Positions 1 through 14,409 of a stretch of DNA of 64,000 nucleotides are shown in pieces. Within the stretch, counting starts at the first letter, position 1. The number at the start of each line of letters is the position of its first letter. The stretch is taken from the NCBI RefSeq assembly GCF_009914755.1, contig NC_060927.1; one strand, given 5' to 3'. The notes under the pieces were generated by a model. The model saw only the letters and a list, made by a program, of their open reading frames with translations, searched no databases and was not told the origin of the DNA. This DNA comes from the human T2T-CHM13v2.0 reference genome, Homo sapiens. The translations under genes were made by a program, and so were the position numbers.

Positions 1-369
1 ATTACTTAAGTTTGGACTCCATAATCTCTTTATGTTTCTTTACAGTCCCGAGACACTGATAAATTTCTACCTGGTCACAAGTAGGCAGCCCAGCTTAAAT
101 GTGGGGTAATTGACCCCCAAACACATAATTGCCTGATCACAGTTCCCTGTTCAATTTTTGCACCAAATTGAAATCTCAGGTTTTTGTCTGACCAAAGAGG
201 TTATGCATTTGGATATATCTTAGCTAGATTATATGAGAGAATTTTTAAAATCTCCTTTGCTAAAATAAATTTTTTGGGAGGAAAGCCTTCATAATATGTA
301 TCCAATCCGGCAACCCCTGTACCCAAGAGAAGTTCTGAGCAGACATTCAAAACATGCTTGCTGAAAGAC

Positions 370-518
370 TGACCAAACAAATGAGTTAATCATTTCCCTC
401 ACCCAAAAAATGAGACAATTTCCCATTTTTTATTTTGTATGGTGACCAAATAAATGAGTTAATCATTTCCCTCACCCAGAAAGTGAGCCAGTTTCCCATT
501 TTTTATTTCATATGGTGA
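370..518. repeat. Tandem duplication, 2 x 73 bp
   Basis: TGACCAAA(C/T)AAATGAGTTAATCATTTCCCTCACCCA...TTTCCCATTTTTTATTT..TATGG starts at both 370 and 443. Confidence 0.9.
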
Positions 519-616
519 ATTTATCTTTTTCCAAAGCCTCCAGCTCAGACTGTGTTTAACACTCCATTAAACAAGGGAAAGCCTTGCTGTTGCCAGATGG
601 TTTTTGCAAACTTACT

Positions 617-672
617 CTTCCTGCAAAAGAGCAAACTGGAAAGGCTTCCTGCAAAAGAGCAAAATGGAAAGC
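617..672. repeat. Tandem duplication, 2 x 28 bp
   Basis: CTTCCTGCAAAAGAGCAAA(C/A)TGGAAAG at 617 and 645. Confidence 0.9.
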
Positions 673-1049
673 AATCAAAAACAGCAATAGGTGGGAAATG
701 TAGATAACTATTTGTCTCATGTAGGTCACTTGGCTCCATTATGGAGAAAGCAGCATGTCCTCTAAACACACAGTTTTTAGAACCAGTATCTTGATGCAAA
801 TGCTTCCCCATCAATTAGTAACCTTTGGTTGAGATATGCACGTACCTTCCAGACCTCACTGTTAATAAGAAGCCACAAGGAGCATAAAGAAAAAGAAAGC
901 CCAGTATATAAGATTATTTTTTAAAAAGTTAAGCACAAGTATATAACCAGTACTCTTGCCATGGAACAAGTATCATTGAAGTGTTCATAGGAAGCATTGT
1001 GACTTCTCTAGAGATGCCAAGGAAAAAATCAGCAATTAAAATAGCAAAA

Positions 1050-1284
1050 CAAAGTGTTTAACTATGTGCCACATAATGTCCTAATAGTTTTACGAACATT
1101 AAATCATTTACTCTTCACAACATGTGGAGTGCTATTGTTATAACTGCCCCTTTACAAATGATAAAACCTAAGCAAAAAAAGTTTAGAAATGTTTCTAAGA
1201 GTCTCGCAGATAGTAAGTGGCAGAGTCTGGATGCAAACCAGCTATTTTAACTCCATGTTCTGTGCCTTAACTACTATGCTATAT
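1050..1284 (-). mobile_element. MIR SINE
   Basis: Antisense MIR core CCCCTTTACAAATGATAAAACCTAAGC and AGTAAGTGGCAGAG...TTAACTACTATGCTATA. Confidence 0.75.
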
Positions 1285-2051
1285 AGGAAATAATGATAAT
1301 AAACAACAAGTTTTAAAAAACGGATCATACCTCTAAAGCCTCTGAACTAAACCAGTTGATAATGTATTTTTAATTTGAGCTTCTAGCAAATCAATATAAT
1401 AAATGTATGTGCTAATCACCGTGTTTCACTCTGTGGAATCACAAAATGATTTACAAAGAACAATTTCTCTGTCAGAAAATTTACAGTGAAATTTGAGGCA
1501 GATGTGTACAACCAATGATAACGAGTCAAATGAATTAAGTGCCACAATAGAGAGACACTTTGTGACGTGAGAGGTCACTATTAGAAACAATTGGTAATGG
1601 AATTTTTTAAATTTATTTCAAATAGTTAAACTAAGAGTCCAGGATACAGGGGCTTAAAATCACAAACAGAAGGTTATAATCATATAAGTGGTAAGGTATA
1701 AATAGCAAAGTTTAGAAATCAAAAGATGTTTTATCTATGACTGGTTCTTTCACTAACTAGCAGAGTTTCAGTTACCTTATCTTTTATGTAGAGATATGGA
1801 AATGTTTCATTCACATTTATTTACATTTTTGGTTGGTTTCAGTGGATCATGCATTTAGGTGAGATTCAGGTAACAAAATGTGGAAAAATGGGCACAGCAA
1901 TCTGTGTGGGTATTGTTAGTGTAGTCATCATGAACTTTTGATGCTTTTCATTTGCTGCCATACAACAAAATTCACTATAGCCACCTCGTATGTACGCTGT
2001 TCACAACTTCAAGGTAGAGCACATAGGGTCAAAGAAAAGGAGGAAGAGATT

Positions 2052-2741
<690 letters not shown>

Positions 2742-2889
2742 TAGATTTTGTTTATTTCAATGATTTCATCACTTAATCACCTACTTCCTTGCAATGATAC
2801 TCAATGGTTTTCTGTTGTTGTTGTTGTCATTGTTGTTATTTTATGAAATTTGGGAAACTACCAACAAGATGATGGCCACACCACACCTA

Positions 2890-3325
2890 TGGCAAACTGC
2901 ATTTTCCAAAAATGGCTTCAGTGATAAATCCCAAAATCCTCTTTTTATAATGTGACTTTGAAACTTCTTCCCTTGTAGGGGAGCCTGTAGGACAGCTCTA
3001 CAGCTACAGCAGAAATAACTCTACATGACTTCCAAGGCTAAGTCATAAAAGGCAATACTGCTTCTGCCTGATTCTCTTGGGATTTCATGCCCAAGAAAGG
3101 TTAATCAGCACACAGAAATAACTACATGGAGTGTAACCAAGCTCCAAGCCCATTCCTGGATGGCCTCTAGGCTGACAATCTGTACCAAGTTGCCAGACAT
3201 ATGAGTGAGCCATCTTGAAAGTAGCCAAACCAGCTGATGTTATATAAAGCAGAAACAGCTAGCCCCAGATATCTTTCCAAATTGCATATTTCTCAGTCTT
3301 TTAAGTGTTACAATAATGGTTTGCC
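2890..3325 (+). mobile_element. MaLR LTR (MLT1F/G/H-like)
   Basis: ATGACTTCCAAGGCTAAGTCATAAAAGGCAATACTGCTTCTGCC and GAGTGAGCCATCTTG resemble old MLT1 LTRs. Confidence 0.65.
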
Positions 3326-3399
3326 TAATACTCAAAGGGAACTTTGAGGGAGATTCTAATTATATACTTTATTGAATAAGTGATGAGATTTCATAATAG

Positions 3400-3630
3400 G
3401 TAATATTTTCTGAGTATCCGGTACATGCAGGCACTGTTTAAAACATTTTAATGTATCAACAATTTAACCTTCACATGACAACTCCCTGAGTTATATTCTA
3501 TTTTAATTCCCATTTTACAGTTGAGGAAACTTAAATAATCATCTATAAATACACAGAGAGGTGTGGTAATTTTCCCAAGCTCAAAGAACTAAGAAGTATT
3601 AAGATTAGAACCCAAGCAGTATGGTTTAAT
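3400..3630 (-). mobile_element. MIR SINE
   Basis: CCCATTTTACAGTTGAGGAAACT MIR core in antisense. Confidence 0.7.
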
Positions 3631-3739
3631 CACCAAGAATCTGAGAGGCATGTGTTTTCATGCAGAAAAAAATATATAAAGAGTCACTGAGGTGACTTTG
3701 TATGTCTGGGGGTGAGGGTGTTGAAGTGCACTTGAGAGT

Positions 3740-4088
3740 AGTCAATAGACATGGAGATGTGCCATGCATATCCTCCTTTAAGATGCTGGTATTTACAGCC
3801 ACCAGCCATTTGTTCCTTCAGGGTCCACCTCAGCTTTTTAGCTGAGGTCATGCTCTTTTCGACTTGGACCCTGGCCAATAAATCAGCAAAGCAGTGGTAT
3901 AAAAGCAGAGTCACTTCTGCCAAACCCAGGGCTCGTCTAACTCCTGTTGTTGAGTTGGCAGAGATGTAGGGTCTTCATCATGCCCAATCCTGTTTCTTCC
4001 CTCTACCTTTCACAAGTGTTACTTCCCAATAAACCTTTTCCTCGCTGGTTCTATCTTATTACCTGCATTTAGGAGAACCTAACCATGG
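3740..4088 (+). mobile_element. ERVL solo LTR (LTR16-like)
   Basis: GGGTCCACCTCAGC, GGTATAAAAG TATA-like box, CCCAATAAAC polyA signal, GGAGAACCTAACC end. Confidence 0.65.
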
Positions 4089-4161
4089 CAGAGAAAAGCA
4101 CAGAAAGTCAGGCAGAGGCTAAGTCAAAAAAAGATCTTTAATCCCTATTAATGAGCTTTGA

Positions 4162-5492
4162 TTTTTTTTTTTTTTTTTTTTTTAGTATTTATTGATCATT
4201 CTTGGGTGTTTCTCGGAGAGGGGGATTTGGCAGGGTCATAGGACAATAGTGGAGGGAAGGTCAGCAGATAAACATGTGAACAAAGGTCTCTGGTTTTCCT
4301 AGGCAGAGGGCCCTGCCGCCTTCCGCAGTGTTTGTGTCCCTGGGTACTTGAGATTAGGGAGTGGTGATGACTCTTAACGAGCAAGCTGCCTTCAAGCATC
4401 TGTTTAACAAAGCACATCTTGCACTGCCCTTAATCCATTTAACCCTGAGTGGACACAGCACATGTTTCAGAGAGCAAGGGGTTGGGGGTAAGGCCATAGA
4501 TTAACAGCATCCAAGGCAGAAGAATTTTTCTTAGTACAGAACAAAATGGAGTCTCCCACGTCTACTTCTTTCTACACAGACACAGCAACAATCTGATTTC
4601 TCTTTCCTTTCCCCACACTTCCCCCCCTTCCACTCGACAAAACCGCCATCGTCATCATGGCCCGTTCTCAATGAGCTGCTGGGTACACCTCCCAGACGGG
4701 GTGGCGGCCAGGCAGAGGGGCTCTCACTTCCCGGACGGGGCGGCTGGCCGGGCGGGGGCTGTCCCCCACCTCCCGGAGGGGGCGGTTGCAGGGCGGAGGG
4801 GCTCCTCACTTCTCAGACGGGGCAGCCGGTCAGAGACGCTCCTCACATCCCAGACGGGGCGGCGGGGCAGAGGCGCTCCCCACATTTCAGACGATGGGCG
4901 GCCAGGCAGAGACGCTCCTCACTTCCTAGATGGGATGGCGGCCGAGCAGAGACGCTCCTCACTTCCCAGACTGGGCGGCTGGGCAGAGGGGCTCCTCACG
5001 TCCCAGACGATGGGCGGCCAGGCAGAGACGCTCCTCACCTCCCAGACGGGGTGGCGGCCGGGCAGAGGCTGCAATCTCGGCACTTTGGGAGGCCAAGGCA
5101 GGCAGCTGGGAGGTGGAGGTTGTAGCGAGCCGAGATCACGCCACTGCACTCCAGCCTGGGCAGCATTGAGCACTGAGTGACTGAGACTCCGTCTGCAATC
5201 CCGGCACCTCGGGAGGCCGAGGCTGGCGGATCATTCCAGGTCAGGAGCTGGAGACCAGCCCGGCCAACATGGCGAAACCGCGTCTCCACCAAAAAATACG
5301 AAAACCAGTCAGGCGTGGCGGCGTGCGCCTGCAATCCCAGGCACTTGGCAGGCTGAGGCAGGAGAATCAGGGAGGGAGGTTGCAGTGAGCCGAGATGGTG
5401 GCATTACAGTCCAGCCTCCGCTGGGCATCAGAGGGAGACCGTGGAGAGAGAGGGAGAGGGAGGGGGAGGGGGAGGGGGAGGGGGAGGGGGAG
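4162..5492 (-). mobile_element. SVA retrotransposon, full length, older subfamily (SVA_A-C-like), short VNTR
   Basis: In order: poly-T 4162-4183, TTTATT polyA signal, SINE-R (HERV-K derived) ~4184-4685, GC-rich VNTR ~4686-5070, Alu-like domain ~5070-5440, hexamer tract 5443-5492; GA+T-run TSD at 4160 and 5493. Confidence 0.97.
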
Positions 5493-5513
5493 GATTTTTT
5501 TTTTTCTTGTAAG

Positions 5514-5780
5514 TCAGTGATCCTCAAATTATTTTGATTGGGAACATTTATTAGTAAAGTGTGTGATGTATAACAATATATGTTTATATGCATTTATTTG
5601 TAGAACATATAGGCAGAGTAGTAATTTTATATTATATGTCTTAATTATACACAAAAATATAAATTTTTAAAAGTCAAAAATATAATATTTAATAAAAATA
5701 AATTTTCACATTTTTATTGGTATCTAATGAATCTGTCTTACATATTCTCTGGAGAATATGCATCTCCTTTTGGAAACTAT
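5514..5780. mobile_element. Possible hAT-Charlie DNA transposon relic
   Basis: Starts CAGTGATCCTCAAA and ends TTTGGAAACTATT (imperfect hAT-like termini) around an AT-rich interior. Confidence 0.35.
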
Positions 5781-6029
5781 TACTTTTGGCAATGAAAATC
5801 TCTAGGTGTTTTACATGAGTCTAAACTACTGAGATTTGTATTTTACAAAGGTCATTCTGGTAAGACTGGAGGGTGAAGAAATTAGGGTCAAAACCGGGAG
5901 CAAGTGAAAAGTATCATAATTGGCTTTAACATGGCTCATATTATTCAAATGTCACAGAGGATTATGTGAGAAAAGTCTGACAGATTTGAACAAGGAAACT
6001 AAAGTTTTCTTTGCTAAGTTTAGGGAGCA

Positions 6030-7720
6030 TGTCTGCTATGCGATCTTATATCACTATTTCTCTACCCAGTCTTTCATTCATCCCGCTACTAAGCAGGAGA
6101 AGGGACTAGAGACGGTCAGTATGGACATGATTATTTTGATATTTTATTGAATTCGTTAAGGAATATTCTTATTGATGCCAGTGTACACCTCCCCTAAAAA
6201 TACTTCTAATAGCTCTCTGTGGAACAACCCTCCCTCCAGATCCCTTTGATCGTGCTGTTCATTATGACAATTATTCCACCATGCTCCTGATGGTTAAGAC
6301 CTATGGTTTTTGGATCTTGTAATTTACATTTTCCAGGTCTCTAAGAATATTCTCTACTATCAACCCTTGCCTACAAAGGACTGCCACCACTAAATAGTAT
6401 ATTTTTGCTAATAGCCCTTTACCAGAATGGATAGCATGTCCTCCAGATTTTCTATCTTCCTATGAAACATAGTTGGCTATGTATATGGGATATAGATGGA
6501 ATATATACATAGCCAACTAGATATATATATGAAAAATATTTATGTACATTATACATATATTAATATACTCTAATATGTAAACCTCTCTGAGCCTTTTAAT
6601 AACTTCCTCTCCCATCTGCCATAGTAGTTCTGACATTTTCATTTAATTTAGTGTGAGCTATCACTTTTTGCAAGCTTGCGAGTATCATCCAAGTGGTACA
6701 TAGCATTATCCCCTGAATTTTTGGCCAAAGTGTTTAATTCTCTATTTCAGCAAAATAGTCCCATATTTATATGTTGTCCTTATATAAATATATGTTTTTG
6801 CAGCCCCCCTTTACCCAGCACCCTCAGTATCTAATTCCATACACATTCTTCTTTTCCTTGCCAGTTCAGGTTGCCAGTAACTCCTTTAATACACAGTCCT
6901 GTTGCTCCCTTAGCAGCCTAAAACTTGCTTAACTTGGTTATTTTGTTACCCTACCCTAGTTATCTGGCGACCAAGAGGGGAGGTGTGACTAAAGCCTTAG
7001 GGTAATGGCACATGGTACCTTATCAATCAGCAGCCTCTGTATCAACTTCAAATAAGTAGTGAGCCTTTAGGATGAATAAGAAGGCAAATTTTACGTGTCC
7101 CAAAAATCCACAGATATTGCATTTCAAAAATTTTTAATGCATCAATCCAGATGTCACCATTCCAGGTGACATTACCAGGGTCTCATTCCTTCTCGAATGG
7201 GATTGGGACTCAGATGTTGGTAAGTCTTCCCTGATTCTACAATGGCTAAGTCTCTTTATTAACCTCCGTGGAGGTACTTTGATTTTTGCACATAACCTTA
7301 AATTGATAATGAATTACCCTCAGTTTTTCATTGTGTTTATTTAATGCATTGATAGCGCCTAGCAACAGCCATTCGATTTCAGTCAATATTTACTGATTCC
7401 AATGTAACTCTGAAAGTCTGAGATTTACACTAACTAATGCATTCTCTTCCACCAATATTCCATCCCAGTTCACCACCAGGAAAGTTTTAACAAATGCGTC
7501 ATTACTATATCTGGGGGCTATACACACTTGAGTTACCAACAGTGATGTGGTCCTCAATGACACCATGCCAGTAGGGGACATGGCTCCAAAATCTCATTTA
7601 GATTTTTTTTTTCTAGGACAGTTGCCCTATTCTAGGTTTCCTAAATATAGACACTGAAACAGATTTGTATGCAGAAAGTTTTATTGGGTTATTTTCTTTG
7701 GTAAAACACTTACAAGGACC
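6030..7720 (-). mobile_element. ERVL internal remnant (ERV3-16A3/HERV16-like) with LTR end
   Basis: 7460-7600 reverse-complements to the ATGAGATTTTGGAGC...GGTGGTGAACTGGGATGG leader typical of this family; 7615-7720 resembles an LTR16/33 3' end with TTTATT. Confidence 0.55.
6470..6519. repeat. Perfect inverted repeat, 17-bp arms, 16-nt spacer
   Basis: TAGTTGGCTATGTATAT (6470-6486) / ATATACATAGCCAACTA (6503-6519). Confidence 0.9.
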
Positions 7721-10554
7721 ATGTAGGATTAACAAATATACCTAATCCAATGTGGTGGTCAGAAGGAAGGAAAAGATTCAGACCAAGGCCTAATCAAGAA
7801 GTGAATAGCAATTGCTTACTGACAATGAAGAAATGGAGACAGGAAAAGTATCTTGAGAAAAGTCAACATCATAAAAAAGATATAAAAGTATATATGAGAA
7901 TCCCAACATTTAATATTGCTAAAGTGTAAAGTGTGAGCCAAAAAGTAATGAAAGATGAGGTTGAGTTGGGGTACAGAAGCCTAAACAATGATCTTAAAAC
8001 CTTGCATTTCATTATTGTGAATAATGAATGAGGGACTGAAATGATCAAAATTGCACGTTGGCTTATTCTGGCCACTTTAGGAAGAAGCGATTTGAGAGGA
8101 ACTATATTGGGTGTAAGAAAATTATTTAAGGGTCGTAAATGCATTCTGCCTCTCATTGCTACACATGCACTTTCAGCAACCAATTTGATCATCTTTTGAG
8201 TTCTGTGATTTCATACTATCCAAATGTATTGGGAACAGTTGTTTGTTTTTGTTTTTATAAACTTCTAGTACTATTTCTTTGACCTGTTTTATTTCAATTT
8301 AATTATAACTCTACAAACAATTATGGTCATTTCTTTTATACTCAGCATGATGGTACTGTGCCGGGTACTGGATAAAGACAGTATGAATACAGACTTTTCT
8401 TTTTTTTTTTTAAATCAGTTTAACTTTTATAATACTGCTTGACTGAACTATCGACTTGAGAGTTACTAACGCCAAAACTTATAACTAATTCACCTCAAAC
8501 TCTATGAAGAATTCTATGCTTCTTGCCTTCTGATTTTTTAAAAAATATTTTAAAGTATACTGATAAATTAGAAATATATTCTATAATTTCAAGAGTAACT
8601 ACTAAAAGGATAATATAAAAAGCTAAAAAATCATAAAAAGTAACAGTAAAAAATAATAAAAAGAACAGCTAAAGCTAATCAATGATGCTAGAGGCCAATG
8701 GTCACCTCAAGAGTGAGAACTCTATTGACTGGGATTGAACACGAGGTGATCTTGAGTAATGTGTCTTTATCTCTGTGCTGGATAGATGGGTGTAAAAATA
8801 TGCAAAATTTATGTATCTGGGCTAGTAAGATTTGTGCACTTTACTGCTAGCTTAGTCTCAAATTAAAAAAAAACAACTTTTGTAAAGAATTTCTAGAAGA
8901 AACCAAATTTTTTTCTTCTCTTCCATCTAGTGCCAGACTTAGGCAGGCAAGTTTCTTTAATTTTCCTATCTGTGTTAAGCTATTAAACTTTTATTGACTC
9001 TTTGGGACCCTGTTTTATCTGGGAGATCACCATGGTTATTCCTGAGTTTGATTTTCTGCCCCCATATCAACTGCTCATCTAAATGCACTCCCCAAGATTT
9101 GGCATTCAAATGCCCTTCATCCTTAGGTGAAAGCCAGCTGGTCCATCATGTATCTTCCATGATTCCTGGTTGATTAGTTTGTATATTGTTTGTCATACCA
9201 CCATTTTTATGCCACCTTAAAGTGAGTTTTTAAAATGTGTGTGTTTCAAATATATATTTTCTCCAGCATTTTAGTTGTTTTAGTCATGAGAGTCAGGTAC
9301 CTAATCTGCTATCTGATAAGAAATAGAAGTGTCTCTGTTTCCAGTATTAATCTTCCATCTGCACTTTAGACCCTTTTTTGTAGAAGCAGCCAGAGTAGGA
9401 GGATTTCGTTTGTTTGGTTTCTTGATTTCCAGGATCACAGGGCCTAGTCTAATTATTTTTCAGATGCCTCCACTTAGGCTTCTGTCCCTCATCCTTCCAC
9501 CCTTTGCATCAACCGTGAGTCCAGGTCCTAACCTAATACTTATAAGAGCTGTTGGAAGAGAGGCAGGGAGGTGAAAGGAAAGAGTAAGAGCAAGAGTAAG
9601 AGCAAGAGAAAGAGAGAGAAAGAAAGAGAAAGGGGCTTATATTAGCTGAAGAGTGACTGTATGTTTTTCAAATCATGGTTTTCTATTTTTTTCCATTGGT
9701 ACTTTGTCTTCTAGTAAATTTTTTTATTAGATTTAAAACTGGTTTGTGCAAAATGAAAGTTTTTCTTACTGAAATTTTATTGAATAATAAGGCTTTTATC
9801 TATTTTATTAGCTCTTAACCAACGAGTTTTCCCCCTGCCCCGAGGTCCTAGTAATTTTGTATAGCAGCAGTCTGTTTTGCCATTTTCAAAAACACCTATT
9901 AATCATTTACAGTGTGAAATTCCTTGGAAAATAATCTAAAAATAACTCTAAGATCTACATGGTATAGAAGTTTAAATTTTTGTTTTGTTAGTAATATCAG
10001 ATCAGATGATGTTCTACCGTCATACTTAGCTCAGAATTCACTATAAGAATGTAACTGACTTTGGTTAATAGCTAAATCAGTAGGAACAATCAAGGACTAG
10101 AGTAAAAGAGGTATTTGACCTCAAAATCTGGAGGCTATTTGTGACTTATGATAGTTCAGTAATAAGTTATTAAGGGTGTTAGTGAGCTCAGTGAAAACCC
10201 AAAGACATAGGTCCAGGAGAAGCACTAAACGAACAAGGCTCAGCTAGCCAGCTATTGAGGAGCTGGGTGGAAGACAATCCAAAGGAACGCCGGTTATCTA
10301 AAAACATGGGACAGACAAAGCATCATTTGGGAACTTCCTGGAGCTGTCATCAAAACTGGTGATAAAAGCTGCAGTGCTCCTACTTGGAAACTTCTTTTGC
10401 TGAAGAACACAGCTCATAAACCAATGAAAGCCAATGAGAATATTGCAAGTAAAGCTATTGCCAACACATGCCACTTCCATAACTACTGGGGCAGAAAAAT
10501 CAAAGCTGTAATGAGATACCACTTCATATTCACTAGAATGGCAGTCAAAAATAA

Positions 10555-10587
10555 ATATATATATATATATATATGTACATGTATGTA

Positions 10588-10645
<58 letters not shown>
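10555..10645. repeat. Compound (TA)n(TG)n(TA)n microsatellite
   Basis: Seen directly. Confidence 0.95.
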
Positions 10646-10646
<1 letters not shown>

Positions 10647-11281
10647 CAAGTGTTAGGGAGGATGTGGGAGAAATTAGGACCCTTTACATTGCTGATGGGA
10701 ATATAAAATAGTATAACTGCTGTGGAAAATGTATGGTGCTTCCTTAAGAAATTAAACATTAAATTTCCGTATATTTTTGCAATTCCATTTCTGGGTATAT
10801 ACCAAAAAAAAATTAAAAGCAGAGATTTGACAAATGTTTTTGAACTCATGTTCACAGCAGCATTATTCACAATGGCCAAAAGGTGGAAGGGACCCAACTG
10901 TCCGTTAGTGGATGAATGGATAAACAAAAAATAGTATATACAGACAATAGAATAGTATTTGGCCTTAAGAAGAGAGGAATTTCTGACATATGCCACAACA
11001 TGGCTAAACCTTGAGTATATTATGTTAAGTGAAATAAGTCAGTCACAAGAGGACAAATGCTGTGTGATTCCACTTATATGCAGCACCTAGAGTAGTTAAA
11101 GTAGGATGGTGGTTACCAGGAGCTGAGAGGAGGGGAAATAGGGAGTTAGCATTTAAATGGATACAAAGTTCAGTTAGAGAAGAAGAAAAAGTTCCGGAGA
11201 TGAGCATTGCTGATGGTTGGTTACACAACAGTGTGAATATACTTAATGCTACTGAACTGTACACTTAAAAATGATTAAATG

Positions 11282-11626
<345 letters not shown>

Positions 11627-13095
11627 TAAATAAAAATATTTAATAAATGTAAAGTCAGGATTAGAGGACTAAGGACAATCTACATGCCCTGCATGCCCTC
11701 ACAATGATTGATATATACATTGATGGGGCAAAAAAAAGCAATTTAATGTAGTAAGCCTAACAAGAAAGCTATCACTTATCCCCTAGTCCCTGTTACATTC
11801 TTATTAGTAAGATTTCTATTGCACTTTATGCCCAACAAGAGATTAGAATATACTAGTGATTCAATAAGGGTTTAATGTGCCAGGATCTCTGTCCTGTGCT
11901 GTGGGGGATTCAAAATAACTAAAATCAACCATATTTAATGTGTACAAAACCTTCATGAGAGAACATTTAAATATTACCATCCTGTATGAGAAAGTTGACA
12001 ATTCAAGGTGAGCTAAATCTTCTTGCCTGCCACCTGCCATCTTCTTGCCTGTTTTCTTTCAACTTTTCCCCCAAGTCATGTGAAAATCCTTTATTCTGAG
12101 GGTGGACATCACATTTGACATGCTAAGCTAAATTATTCTAAATCAATTGCTATTAGTACATCTCTAATGGAAGTTCCCTTAAGAAAATCAAATGAAATTT
12201 AAAATTGATTTTGTGACCAGAGCTCTGAAGCATATGATATAATTAAACAAAACATTCCTGTGTTTATATCTGGAATCTGAAAGACCAAACTGACACACTG
12301 TCAAATGCTTTAGTTTATAAATCTAAATAGTCAATGACATGTCTGAGAAATATACGTATAATGTACATATATACGTACATAAATACATAGAGAAGATTGA
12401 ATATATATGTTCCATTCATTCTCTGATCTATTTTCCCCTAAGGTGTCAAGAAGCAGTACAATTTTAGTTTATGTATTTTCCTATAGAGAAAACTTACCTA
12501 GAAAAAGTCTCTAATAAAAAGGTTGATTCCTCCTCAGTTATCTCTAGCCAACCTGTCAAGCATGTACTTTCTAATTATTCTTTCTAAAGCACACCTTTGA
12601 CCATGCTACTGGCCACACAGAAACTGTCAAGAGTTCCTACTGACTTCCAAAAAAAGTTCAAACACCTCACTCAAATAGTCCAGGACCCATCTCAATCTAC
12701 AATTTCTTTCTCTGAATTGTTTTTAAATTTACTGTCATCTCTATATAAAACAAAAAACTTGCCACTTCTAAACAAACCCTAAAATTTCCAATCTTTAGGC
12801 CTATTTTTATACCATTTTTCCTTACTATAATGCAACTCCATACAAATTTCATTCTTCAACATATAAATGTACTATAACCATCTTACTTAGCATTGTACTA
12901 GATATAGGAAAAAGATGTACACACTTTGGTGGACTTCCTAGTATTTATTTATAGATTAATACTAAATACCTCAAGGTATTTTTTAAGAGCTTACAAATAG
13001 AGAGGTAGGCCATCATTTCAGCTTCCTAGGAATCTAGAAATATCTGCATGATTCTATTTAAGTTTTCTTTTTTTTTCTGAAAATAAGTTTACTGA

Positions 13096-13462
<367 letters not shown>

Positions 13463-14409
13463 TAAGAAAAAACAGTATACACAAATATTGCTATTAAATA
13501 TCCCATGAACATTTATTGAATAACTTCCATGTACTTCAAAGTATAGGAGGCATTTGAAAGTGATGGAAAAATACAGAGGTTAGTTTTAGAGGTTAGTAAG
13601 AATTTTCATTCTTTAAGAGTAATGAAGCATAACTATAATACAAGGTAGAAAGTGACATTGTAAAAAAAAAAAAAGATTTGGCTTTGGAATTAAAAGGAAG
13701 AGATTTCTCCTGCTTGGGAAGATCCCAGAAAGCTTCACGTTAAAACAAGATTTTTCCATTTGTCTTCAGCAAGTGTCAACCACAATGAGAATGCCTTAAG
13801 ACAACTAAGGACAAAATTCTTCAACATGGATCTGTTTCCATGGTGTCAATTCTATATGTTTATATAGATTTTTTCCTTGATCTTATGAAGATTTCAATAA
13901 CTCTACACACACAACAGCACTGAAAACCACATTTACCACAAAATATCAAAGTTCTTAAATATTAATGATTTGGAATTACCATGTATATTCCCAGCATGGA
14001 CTAGCTCTTTGTTTTTAGAGATTTGGGAAATTATTTTCAGACTATTTTCTCCTTAGAACCAATTGATGCTGTATGACTTAATCAACAGTAAATAGTTTCA
14101 TGAGTAGTAAGAGAAGTGCTTATTTTCGGAACTCTGTTCTGTCTTTCACAAACTTAAAGTGCTATGGAAACTTTATGAATTAATGCCTGTTCATTTCAGG
14201 ACTGCTCTTGCCCTTAGTGTATCTCTGGAAAGACATACTCCAGAAAGTGTGCTTTCCTTTTTAAATGTATATGTGGATTCCTGTGAGAAGGGGAGAAGCA
14301 ATGAACAAATCCTTTTCAATTAATTAACTCCGGAATTTTGCTATTAATGAAGGATACATGAAACAAAATAGTAATTATTTGAAAAGCCAAACAAAACGAT
14401 GGATTTTTA

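Noticed and set aside
4531-5593. Several overlapping GC-rich ORFs and a CpG-island-like region
   Set aside because: Entirely within the SVA VNTR and Alu-like domains; not a gene or host promoter
10298-10996. Longest ORF (232 aa, minus strand)
   Set aside because: It is antisense L1 3' sequence plus a (TA)/(CA) microsatellite (YIYIYI/HTHTHT); no protein-like character
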